NCBI GenBank assembly: GCA_043228905.1
Contig: JBHGNT010000014.1
Span: 558,001-622,000, forward strand
From: Azolla caroliniana
Lineage: Eukaryota; Plantae; Polypodiophyta
Length of the DNA stretch: 64,000 nucleotides
Direction of reading: 5' to 3'
Numbering within the stretch: position 1 is the first letter of the stretch; every line of letters starts with the position of its first letter. The notes under the pieces were generated by a model. That model ran no database searches, was not told the DNA's origin, and saw only the letters and a program-made list of their open reading frames with translations. Positions 25,057 through 36,735 of this stretch are shown here, in pieces. A program made the translations under genes and the position numbers.

Positions 25057-27168
25057 ATGGCACATCATTATGCATACATGACCCGTGTAGCGGATGTGCA
25101 TGAGCCGGAGAGCTACGTAGAAGCGGCTAAGGATGCGAATTGGCGCGACGCGATGGAGGAAGAGATGCATGCATTGGCGGAAAACGAGACCTGGGACCTG
25201 GTTGACGCACTGAAGGGTGTGAAGCCGATTGGATGTAGGTGGGTGTACAAGGTCAAGTACAACACCGACGGCTCGGTCAACCGATACAAAGCCCGGTTAG
25301 TAGCGAAAGGCTACGCGTAGAAACACGGCATCGACTACGATGAGACGTTTGCATTGGTCGCGAAGATGACGACTGTCCATGTTTTGCTCGTGGTAGCTGC
25401 AGCAAAGGGGTGGCACTTACATCAGATGGATGTAAAGAATGCGTTCTTGTAAGGTGAGCTTGAGGAACAGGTGTACATGGTACAACCCCCCAGATTTCAC
25501 TCCGGAACGAACACGTCGGCAGTGTGCCGATTGAAGAAGTCCCTTTACAGACTCAAGCAAGCCCCGCGTGCCTGGAACGCGAAGATCACGCATCAACTGT
25601 GTCAGATGGGCTTTGCAACGTCAAAATCGGACTCTTCCCTATTCGTCCGGAAAGGTCGACTCGGTCCGGTCAGTATTTTACTATATGTTGATGACTTGGT
25701 CATCACCGGCGCCGACCTAGGTGACATCGACCGCGTGAAGCTCTAGCTTGCAGCATCGTTCGACATGAAGGATCTAGGGGATCTTCATTACTTCCTCGGG
25801 ATCGAAGTGATTCGTACCCCCGAAGGCATATTGATCAGCCAACGCCATTATGTGCTGAGTATGCTCTTCAAATTCGGGATGGCCAACTATAAGCCCATCT
25901 CAACTCCTCTGGTTAGAACCGTCAAGCTTCGCCCTGAGTTTGGAAAGGTATGCGACCCAACGAGGTTTCGACAGATAGTCGGGAACCTTATATACTTGAC
26001 CATCACCCGACCAGATCTCAGCTACCCGGTCGGAGTGATCAATCAGTTCATGGCACGACCTATCGAAGAGCACCTTCAGTGTGCGCAACGCGTACTACGG
26101 TACGTAAGCGGCACTAAGGACCGGGGACTACTATATCGGTTCGATACAGCCCCGTAGTTGGTCGGCTACACAGATGCCGACTGTGCTGGCAACGCCGCCG
26201 ATCGCCGATCCACATCCGGATACGCGTTCTCTCTTGGGAGTGCCGCGATAACATGGAGTAGTAAGAAGCAGCCGACAGTTGCACTGTCGAGCACCGAAGT
26301 CGAGTATAGAGGAGTGGCTGTCGCGACATACGAAGCCATATGGTTGAAGCGGCTACTTAAGGACCTGCAGGAGGAGGTGTCCGATCCGACAACGATCTAC
26401 TGCGACAACCTCAGCAACATCCAGATCATGAAGAACCCCGTTTTCCACGCACGGACCAAGCACATTGAGGTGCACTACCATTTTGTCCGTGAGCGTGTCC
26501 TTTCTGGTGAAGTCGAACTTCAGTATGTTCCGACGGATCGGCAAACTGCCGACATCTTCACTAAGCCCCTTGGTCTGGACAAGTTGGGGCAATTCTCGGG
26601 TGCGCTTGGGTTGCGTCACCTCAACGTGCCAAACTTGAGGGGGAGAACAGTCTCGAAAGACCGAGCAAGGGAGCAGGAAGGGAGCGGAAGAGGCCGTGAC
26701 ACCGAGTCAGATGACGAATTTGACTTCGGATCAACTGAAGAAGTCGAGGGCGGATCCGCGGAAGAGAGCGGACATAAGGGGAGCAACCGAAAGAAAGAGC
26801 CAAAGCCAACCAAGCATAGGGGATATGATGCCGCCAAGGGCGAGAAGACCGAAGACGAGTTGCAGACAACCAACTCGGACGAGAGCGAAAACCGATCGGA
26901 GGTAGCCGAGTCGGTTCAGATGTTTGATTCGGATACACTGAATCAATCGAGGGCCAAGCGGAAAAGAAGGCAGCAGGAGAAGCGCCAACACTGCGACAAC
27001 AAGGGAACTAAGAAGGGCCGTGGGAGCAAACAAGCCGACCGGAAGGGTCGAAGCGCGCGGAGTCGAACAAGCCAAGGAGCTCGAGCGAGGCGTGGAGCCA
27101 AGAGGAACCGGAGCGGTGACCCGGAAGATCCCGAAGAGCCTCAAGTTGAGCTTGAGGGGGAGTGTTGA
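25057..27168 (+). pseudogene. B1 RT-RNase H (degenerate) with ~175-aa charged C-terminal extension
   Basis: [34 protein letters not shown]; ORF 26158-27168 runs into the LTR. Confidence 0.9.
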
Positions 27169-27492
27169 GAGACAAGCTCAACATCGGCCAGATCGGCTGA
27201 ACAAGCCGAGGACCGGATCAGTTGGGACCAATCGGTTAGGCCGGACCGGTGCGTAAAACGGATACGCAAACCAATGCGTAACGAGAGGCCGCATTGGTGC
27301 GAAAACCGAAAGGCCGTTAGAGAGATGTTCCTCGTAAGGAATAGTTTTGGGAGTAAGTGTCGAGGCTCATTTATGAGCAGTCAAGTACTGTCAGTACTTG
27401 TGTCAGCCCGATTGTCACGGCTTGTATAAAGGTGCTCACTGAGCACATCCTATGTATAGATTGAGTATTATTTTGAATATAGTTTTGGTTTT

Positions 27493-27549
<57 letters not shown>

Positions 27550-27638
27550 GTGCATACTGTGCAAACTTAAGCTTTCCATTAAACCTGTGTTTTCTGTTTT
27601 TCGGTTTCCTATATTGCTTCCGCGCCCCATTCTTTTCA
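27163..27638 (+). repeat. B1 3' LTR with (CT)n tract at ~27495-27547
   Basis: TGTTGAGAGAC...TTTTCA after the PPT. Confidence 0.92.
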
Positions 27639-27955
27639 TCTTCGCCAACCGGCAGTTACACACTGAAACTAGTTCTGTATCTCTCTCTCTCTCTCACACT
27701 CTGTGTACAACGATGATACAACATTAACTCTATCTAATGTGATTTCCCTAAGTCATATTTATAGTTATATGACTTTTGGGCTATTTACAAATATAACCTT
27801 AGTGGGCTTATCGAAACATATATTACAAATATGTCCTTGGATCTGGTTCGCACCGGATCCATCCGAATTCACTGGTTCCGGTTTCTGGATCTTATCCGGA
27901 ACCCTTCTTCATCCGGCTCCTCTGGTTCTCATCCAAAGGGACCGAATTCCCAACA
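27639..27955 (-). repeat. 5' part of an older Tork-like Copia LTR that hosts B1
   Basis: Minus strand starts TGTTGGG at 27955; similar to 57180-57350 (TATTTGTAAATAGCC...TATAAATATGACTTAGGG). Confidence 0.7.
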
Positions 27956-30900
27956 CAGTTGGATGCTAAACTTGGTCAAAGTGGCTATGATGAGTAGAGG
28001 GACAGAGCTAACTAGTCTTCCCAAATTTCACCTAGTCGAGTTGAGCATAGTTAACTATCGATTTGATTCTGAATGTCGATTTCAAGATGTCGATCACAAA
28101 TTAGGTGCCATTTTTCTACGCCAATCTTGTTTTGAATGACTACGACGATGAGAGGGACAAAGCCAATTGGTCCTCCCAGATGTTGTCCAACCGAATAAAG
28201 CACAAATAGGGGTTGTTCCCTAGAGCCCAATTTGCTACGAGTGGTTGCAATGAGTGTGTGAATAGTGTCGAATGACCTATTCGATTGTTGTTGAACGTGA
28301 TGAAGCACGATTGAGGCAAAACTTGTGAGCGGGTGCAATCACAAGAGTAAAGTACAACCGACTAGCTTACTTAAAGGCGCAAATGGTGTGATGGCAAGAA
28401 GACAAGACACATGTCAGGTTGTCGAGGAAAGGAAATTAATTGATTAAAAAACACATACAATATTTGTTGCCAAATTTGATTGTTTTTGGCAAACTTAAAC
28501 TTAGCTCTTACTCTTTTGGAATATAGGCACTTATGATAAACCAATTCAACTTTTCTTATTCTCTTTTTTACTTTATTTGGTTTTTCGTTTTATATTAGTA
28601 TTTGTATCTTATACAACTTTTTACCAAAATAAATTGTTTGGTACAGAGTGTTTCACTCTCGAACCAAACCAAACCATTGCCAATTGAAACTTTCAAATAA
28701 ACCACCTCAACAAACCTCTTTCTCTTCTTTTCTTTTCTTTCATCTAGTTTTTGTATTGTTTTGTGCATGCTATACACCATTTACACATACTTGAGTGGTC
28801 TCCTTGATGGCACCTCTTCTTCACCCTTGCAAGCTCCTTTATTCACTTTCTAATCCATGCCATCACCCACCATGGGAGAGGGGCTTTTATAAGGGGACAA
28901 ACCACCCTTGCCACCATCCTAGGCGTTTGTTCACCACCTAACGCATCTATGGTTTTGTTTTTTGAATCTCAATTAGAAATTACATCTTTTGAAAAATTAC
29001 AAAATCGACCTTACTTTATCTCGACCTCCCCATTCTGACATAATTATATTTTTATCCTTAACAATCTTGAACCTAACATTATCATTCCAGGTGTTGTATC
29101 TTGAGCTTCTTGTGTCTGATTCACAAACTGTAGAATTTATGTGCTCCTTGTCTCAAGCACTAATATAGCTTTTAAGGCTTCACGACATTGCCTCTTTTAT
29201 AGCAATGAGTTCTCTTCACCCTTCTAAAGGTTTCAAGAAGCTTTCTCCCCAATAGAATTAGTGGGTGCTTTTTTATTTTTCACTTGTATGCACTACTTTC
29301 CCCTCTTGGTGCCTGATGATAGCAAAAAGCTTTGACAAGCTCTTGGCAATTGAGCTAGGACTTTATTATTATTTTTAAATGCAACTTGTTATTTGTCCTT
29401 CATACTACACTCTCAATCTAACATTCAATCTTTTTAATATTCTTATTTTAACTTAATCCTCCTATGCATTTCCCACATCACGAAAACGTTGTAGTCTCAA
29501 ACTATCTCTTGAACTATAAGGTTGAAAAATGAAGATAGATGAAATTTTTGGAACATCTATAATTGGTGTATACATATTGAACGCTCGTTTACCTATACTA
29601 GTATATTTCATAAGTTGCCATCAAAAGCAATTGTCAATGTAGATAAGTTTTTAAAAAGTCCTAGATTATGAGTCTCTTCTCAAATATATTTTAGGTTGTT
29701 TTGGGATTTCGAGGTTAACATCGCTACACATTTTGTGTTTGCATGGTAAAGAGGGAAGAGGAAAATAACTCGTATCTCCTTATTGATATTCTCCTTGTAA
29801 CTATAATCCATAATGCTTCAAATGTAGGCTAGACTTCATGTTTTTACCTAAGATACTTTAAAATACAACATTCTTTAAGGATTCTTCACACATATATGAA
29901 AAAACATGGAGGCATTTTTAAAATAAAAAAAACTGATGGGTATATCATTGTTTTCCTAGAAAAAATAAGTGGACAAAATTTCTTTCATCAATGATATTAA
30001 TGTGGGATTTGATAAGGTCATGTGATGTCACACACATATTTCTTTGAAGAAAGCTAGTAGCTTAATATTGTTGCCATTAAAATAAGAAATCAGGTCAATT
30101 GATCCATTAGGAATCATGTTTGCATTTAAGAATTTGTGACATCTTGTAATGTGTTAAACTAAAACAATTATGGAAACATGAACTTGCCAATTGGAACTAT
30201 TTAGTGAATTCAATGGATTGCTAGTATTTTTGTATAACTTCCTATTATTTCAAACATGACAAGGAGACTCATCTAGCCATTAAAGAAACATTTTTGGATT
30301 AGTGGCTTTAGACTCTACAAACACGGACAATCAATTCTTGGTTTCCTACTTTCGCAACTGTAACATTTTGGAGTCTCGGTTGTCAAAAGGCCTCAAACCA
30401 CTTCTTTATATCCACATCCCTAATTCAGTACTCTCCTTTTAGCTTTCCATTTTTCACTTAAATGTTATTGTTGGCTAACCTACTTTTGGTAACAATATTC
30501 AAGAAATTGCTTTTAAAATCCTCATAGTCAACATTATGAAGAGCATGTCACTGTTTCCATGAAAAGACTTTCCAAGCCATAATGTACTTGTGTGACCACC
30601 TATACTTTTAATGAAAAGGGTTATTGCTTAAATATTTAGATGTCTAAGAACAATATTATTGAAAACAAAATATTCCAATAACTTTGCATATAACGTATAG
30701 ATCATAATATGATTGCTCCATTGGATGCCAATAGAATAATAATATGAGAATTAGTCTCCTAGATCAATCAAACAAATTAATGTTTATGTAATTGATCACA
30801 ATATTATTGGGGGCTTCTACATACTTCACAAGCCTTTCCTATGTTCCTATTTTATTAGAACAATATTATAAGGATATGATATCAAGGATCCAAACTTTCA

Positions 30901-31749
30901 AAGTATGTTTGTGGACAATAAGGATGCATGAGCTTTCATAATCTCTTTTGCTAATGTACATATCTTGCAAAATATGCCTATAGAAAGTTCATATACACCA
31001 CCATATTAATGTCTCTACAGTTCTCACTCAAAAACAATGGCTATTTGTAATGCCATTAAACTACTGACCATGTTCAATAAGATGAAAATCAAAATGCTTG
31101 CACTAAAAATGGTCATGGTTTGAGATTGAAAGCACATTATCTAGTTATTGTAATTTGGTTTTGCAAGTCAATGTATAGTTTTTGGAAATTTAGAATTGTA
31201 GACGAAACGAAGAAGGCGTCTAGGTTCAATGGTGCCCTCAAAACCTCTAGTCAAATGCAACAAATGTTACATCATTGACATTTTGTGATGTTTTACTATA
31301 TATTAATTTTTTCTTCCTAAATACATATATGTATTGTATTATTAAAATATTCTTATGTTATTAGCATGTTGTATTTCCCCAACATTTGATACAAAAAACT
31401 TGACTTTAAAAGTATGTTCTTTGATGCTTACACGGAAATCCATGCATGCGTGTGAAATGTTGAGTGGGACCATCGAGGTCATAAACAAGGGAAGACGAGG
31501 TTGGTAGGTTTCCTCTAGAGTTTGTTGGCATTGAATGTCTGTGGAGTTGCATATGCATGTAACTAAAATCTTGTTTATTTGATGTGTGCAAAGTCAAGAA
31601 GATGCAGAAATTTATAAGTCCAGTTTTTGTGTTTTCATGAGTATTTGTTGTTAGTTTTGAATCTATAAGTACATGTGTTATTTAAATGCCTATTTGTGCA
31701 TGTGCCTTATGTGTGAATGTGTGCATGAGATAACCCTGGCAATTCGACG

Positions 31750-33670
31750 CACTGATCATGAACTCTGTGACAACATGATCTAAACATAGGCTATTAGCTA
31801 TATTTAGCAAAATTCCCATTGATCAACTCCAACTCACCCAATCATCTTTATCCAATCTTTTATTTTATTTTCTAGTTGTTATGAACACATAAAAAATCGA
31901 AAGGCATAATAGAGATTTGAACTAACCTCTTCTATTAACATACATCATAATATTTTGGTAATTTTCTATAGATTACCTAGAATATATATACATACTATTA
32001 TGAAATGTCGCCACCTCGCACAATCTAACTAATCACCAAGTGGTATGCTTTCATGAATGGCAAGTGGCGATCATGCATCCCAACAAGGTGGCGAGTAAGC
32101 ATATGTCCAAATCATGCTATATAAACAGGTGTTTTAGTATTGGTGAACCATTCAAGCCAATTCCATGCCAATCTTTAGCCTATTCGTGTATATCTTGTTC
32201 TTCTTGTTAATACATAATCAATCTCCTCATATTTCACTCTTCTCATTCTTTTCTTCAATTTTACCTTGTACTTGGCTATGGTCCTAATAGTTTGCACCGA
32301 AATAAACCCAACTTCTTTTTCTTTCTTTTTTTCCAAGATTGAACTTCTCACCCAATCTTTTCATAACCATGGCACCAATAAGTGAACAATAATATATACC
32401 TATTCTGGATTATCTAAACGCTTAACAACCAAGTTCATGGTCCTAGAGCAAGGGAGTTAAAGGCTTCTCTTGGAGTTACAACAAGTGAATACTTAGAAAG
32501 TTTAACAATATGAGGAATTAACTTAAAGGGATCATAAACTTTAAGCATTATTAGTAACTTGCGACAACAAGCTTTAGGAGCACCAAGTTTGCCAAAGGAA
32601 CCAAAGTTAAGCCGCCAACAAAGTTTGATGGTACTCGGTCACAATTTCTAGGATTCCTAAGCTAGGTATATCTAGTATGATAAATACATCCAATCTAATA
32701 TCCAATTGATGTGGCACGATTAGGGTTGGTTGAGATTATATTGATTTGTAAAGTGCTAGATTGCTTTGCACTATTACTTGAGGAAAGATCCCCTGTATTA
32801 GATTATTTTGATGAGTTTATTAAGGAATTTCAAGCTTGTTTTGAATATAAATATTGTTTGAGAACCTTTATCAATCATATTTGAATGTTACAACAAGGAA
32901 ATCGCCTAGCCTAAATATTTGTTGATTTCCGACTTCTTGCACGTGACATCCTTTGGAACAAAGAGGCATTCATAGAATAATTTCAACAAGGGTTTCGTAA
33001 TGATGTGAAGGATCTACTTCTGGTACACTAATCTTTTTTGTTAAGAAGAAAGATAGATCACTTCGCCTGGTCATAGACTATCAAGGCTTAAACAAAATCA
33101 CTATTTACGACAAGTATCCCTTGCCTCTAATATCAAATCTTTTGGAACACTTGAGTTGAGCCAAATGTTTTACGATTATTGACCTTCATGGCACTTATAT
33201 TAATCTACTTTAGTTTTGCAACTATTACAATAATAAGGTCTCTATGCAAACTTCGTCAATGCAATTTTGATTGCAACCAAGTAGAATTCCTAGGATACAT
33301 AGTTTCATTGAAAAGAAAATCTATGAATCTAGCAAAGGTACAAATTATTCTAGACTGACTTAAACCACGATCAATGCATAATGTTCAATGTTTATTGGGG
33401 TTTAGAATTTTTATTGTAAATTCATCAACTAGAATTACTCAATGATGGTTTTGTCTCTTACAGAATTGACATAGAAGAACTAAACATTTACATGGAAGTC
33501 AGTTATAGTCAAAGCATTTGAAAGCTTAAAATGTGTATTCATGTCTATCTCTATTTTGATTCACGATTAACATAGAAGAACCAAATATTTACATGGAATT
33601 CAGTTGCAGTTGAAGCATTTGAAAGCTTAAAATGGGTATTCATGTCTATCTCTATTTTGATTCATGCAAA
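31750..33670 (+). mobile_element. Highly degenerate chromovirus (Tcn1-like) Gypsy relic: LTR-like region, gag and RT fragments
   Basis: FDGTRSQF gag motif near 32625; [20 protein letters not shown] near 33060; ~100-bp tandem duplication 33470-33665. Boundaries approximate. Confidence 0.7.
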
Positions 33671-34165
33671 CCTTTCTCCTTTTTGCTCATGGCTCTATTT
33701 ATTTAATTTTCAAAAAAGAAGCTACCTTCCGATTAGTTAGGAGAGATCATTACAGAAAGACTATACAAAGTGGCTTATACATAAATCGAGGAATCGCCCT
33801 CCAACCGAGTTCAAGAATATGAGACTACCTACATATCCTTTCAAATTGACTACTTAATGTAAGTAGGTACCTATAGCTATAAACTAGTGCCCTTCCTCAC
33901 CAACTAGTACGAGCCGGATCTTGTGACCTACAACAAAGGAAGAGTGGGAGGTGAGTAGGAAACAACCAGCGTGGGGGTTGGTGGTTCCACATCGGGCCGT
34001 TCCTCCTTGCGTCACCATTGGCGTGTTCCGTCATTTCTACTAGAAACGCAAACCACTCTGTCCCATACCCTTCGCTGGGGGTGGTCAGATGGATCGACAC
34101 CCTTCTTTGTCTCTCCTTTTTTGTTTTTTTATATCCTTATCTCATGCATACATTAGGATCTAGCT

Positions 34166-34800
34166 CTAAAAATAAACTTGCACCATTTCATCCTCCTCAA
34201 TAGTTACGTTGATGGAGGTGAGGGAGTCACAGATCTCCTTGATACAGGCTATGTAATCGGCCACAGACAGATCTTTCTGTCGGACATTACTGAGATCTTG
34301 CTTGAGTTGCAGCTTCATGGCCGTTGTGCTAGCGGCGAAAACTTGTTTGAGGTTCGCCCACACATCCTTTGGCATCTTGGCATCCCAGATGTAGCTCAGT
34401 AGCTGGTCTCCGACACTGGATGCAAAGCAGTACATTACTCTACTTGCCGCCTGATCCCAGGCTAGAAAGTGTTTGTGCGTCGAATCCGGTGCTGCTTCAT
34501 TTGCTCCTTCCACGTAACTCCAGTATCCATGACCAAATAGATATTTGTGCATCTTGTATGCCCAAGATGCATAGTTGCTCATGTCAAGCTTTTTTATGGA
34601 AAGCGAGTTGCCCATACCTCTGTCCATGTTCCTGTCTTTTCTTTTCTGAATGATGAAAAACCTTGTCTTTTTCTTGTTCGCTTTGTCGGGCATTAAGGAT
34701 TCTCAACCCTCGCGCTCTGATACCATGTAACCGAATATGTGTGCGGAAGCATATGTGATAAATACAGAACAGAGTACACGGTCGTTTATTGTTAGAACCA
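34166..34800 (-). mobile_element. Copia 5' fragment (U5, iMet PBS 34715-34726, gag N-terminus) related to family B
   Basis: ORF 34166-34693 NYASWAYKMHKYLFGHGYWSYVEG; PBS GCTCTGATACCA. Confidence 0.85.
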
Positions 34801-35293
34801 AGAGAAAAGATAGAGTGATAGAAGAAAGAGATAAAGAGATCCAAGAAGAGAGGAATGAAATGATAAAAGAAAAATGAATGTATTAGATAGAATGAGAATG
34901 GATACAAGATAGGTGATGAGAGCTTAAGACTGGTGTTGATTCGAATTGGTTTGAGAAGAATTGTATGTCTATATTTATAGGTTCCTATAAAATAGCCTAG
35001 AGATTTCTATAATGTTCTAGAATGTTCTAGACCTAGAATATTCTAAGATGTTCTAGGATATTCTAGAATTTTCTAGAGTATTTTCAATAATCAGTGTATT
35101 ACAAGAAGTAGCTTTTATCATCTCATATGATCATAGGCTATCTTAATGGTTATGTTCTTGATTATGTATTACAAGGTCGTGGGTTCAAGCCCTGGTAAAG
35201 CCATGATGTTATGATGTTGATGTGTTCATGACACTATCTCCTCTTCGAGAACGACGAGTGGAAGGCGTCATTAACAATGTAGGGCTTGGTTTG
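34800..35293 (-). repeat. Chromovirus 3' LTR (minus-strand start TGTCATG at 35233), PPT and short 3' internal segment
   Basis: PPT GAAGAGGAGATAG (35234-35246); 35251-35293 matches 55036-55078, the end of the chromodomain ORF; similar to LTR at 59822. Confidence 0.75.
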
Positions 35294-36594
35294 TGGTTCA
35301 AGCCTAGGTGAAACCATGATGTTTATGTATTCATGATAGTTATTCGGCCACACGATAGTCATCGAACCCATCCGGTTGCCGAATGCGAGTCATCGGAGGA
35401 GCTTCGGTTGTCAAAGTGGGAGTTTATGGAATGGGTCGGAAGACCCAGAAAGGGGAGGAACACGTGGGTGCTCCTCTAGGAGTTCGAGAAACGGTTTTTG
35501 CTTGGCTCTCGGCATTGGACAGGACCGTGCTCGACACAAGCCGTGTCCTGCTGTTCATCAAGTCTGTGGACGTGCAGGATCGGGAGAAGGTGGGTACCCT
35601 ATTGGAGATGGACGATGGCCTCACGACTGATTGGACCATGGTAAAAAGGGTCTGCAGCCGTTTCGACAAACGGTGTGAATGGAGTGAGGAGGGTTCGTCG
35701 ACAGCAAAACCGGTGGCGGCGAGGAAGTTTGAGGAGCCACTACCGGCACAAAAGGAAGAGACTCGAAGTTGGATCGAGTTAGGGACGGTTTTGACTGACG
35801 CGGTCAAGGGTCCATCCGGGGCCATGGCCCTTGAAGAACTGACTAAGATGGTATGCGACCTCCAGATCGTGCAAGCCCAGAGGGATAGTGGGGGACAGTC
35901 GCATGACTGGAGGCCTCCGATCGACCAAGGATGCATGTGGTGCAATGCAATCGGCCACATCTGGAGAGAGTGCACGGATTTTTCTGAGGCGCTCAGGAGT
36001 AACGTGGTGTACCTATGGAACGGGTGGGTGCACGCATGCGAGACCCAGAAACCCTTGGAATTGAATATCGGTCGGGGCGGGATGAAACGGTTAATGGAAG
36101 AACCCGTAACATGACACGTCGAGGCCGTCCATTACTCAGTTTCGACTGGCATCCGGTTCGGAGGTGATGGAGGCCAGAAGGCAAAGGATTATGGGTTCAG
36201 GCCGTCGGTGCTCGTCTAGGAGTTCAAGAAACGGTTTTGCTCGGCTCTCAACGTTGGACAAGACCGTGCTCGACACGAGCCGTGACCTACTGTTCATCAA
36301 GTCCGTGGATGCGTAGGATTGGGAGAAGGTGGGTCCCCTATTGGAGACGGATGATGGGCTCACGAACGATTGGGCCATGGTAAAAAGGGTCTGAAGCCGT
36401 TTCGACAAACGGTGTGCGTGGAGCGATGAGGGTTCGTCAACAACAGAACCGGTGGCGGCGAGGAAGTTTGAGGAGCCGCTGCTAGCACGAAAGGAAGAGA
36501 GTCGAAGTTGGATCGAGTTAGGGACGGTTCCTACCGACGCGGTCAAGGGTCCATCCGGGGGCGTGGCCCTTGAAGAACTAATTAAGATGGTACA

Positions 36595-36689
36595 TGTTAA
36601 TAATTAGGTAAGTAATTAAGTATGGGTTAATTAGTGCCTAATTATGTGATTAAGTTAAGTGTGGAAGATTATGTGATATGTGTGTGAGA

Positions 36690-36735
<46 letters not shown>

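Larger units (their letters stand above)
5093..27638 (+). mobile_element. Copia family B copy B1 (GC-rich); own sequence 5093-7156 and 25042-27638, 5' end upstream of window
   Basis: gag/PR/IN (ORF 5239-7065) continues across the B2 insertion (FGY|NEYMAHHY) into degenerate RT/RH, PPT and 3' LTR. Confidence 0.92.

Noticed and set aside
35132-35200. Functional tRNA gene
   Set aside because: A and B boxes are present but acceptor and anticodon stems do not pair; reported as a tRNA-like cassette instead.
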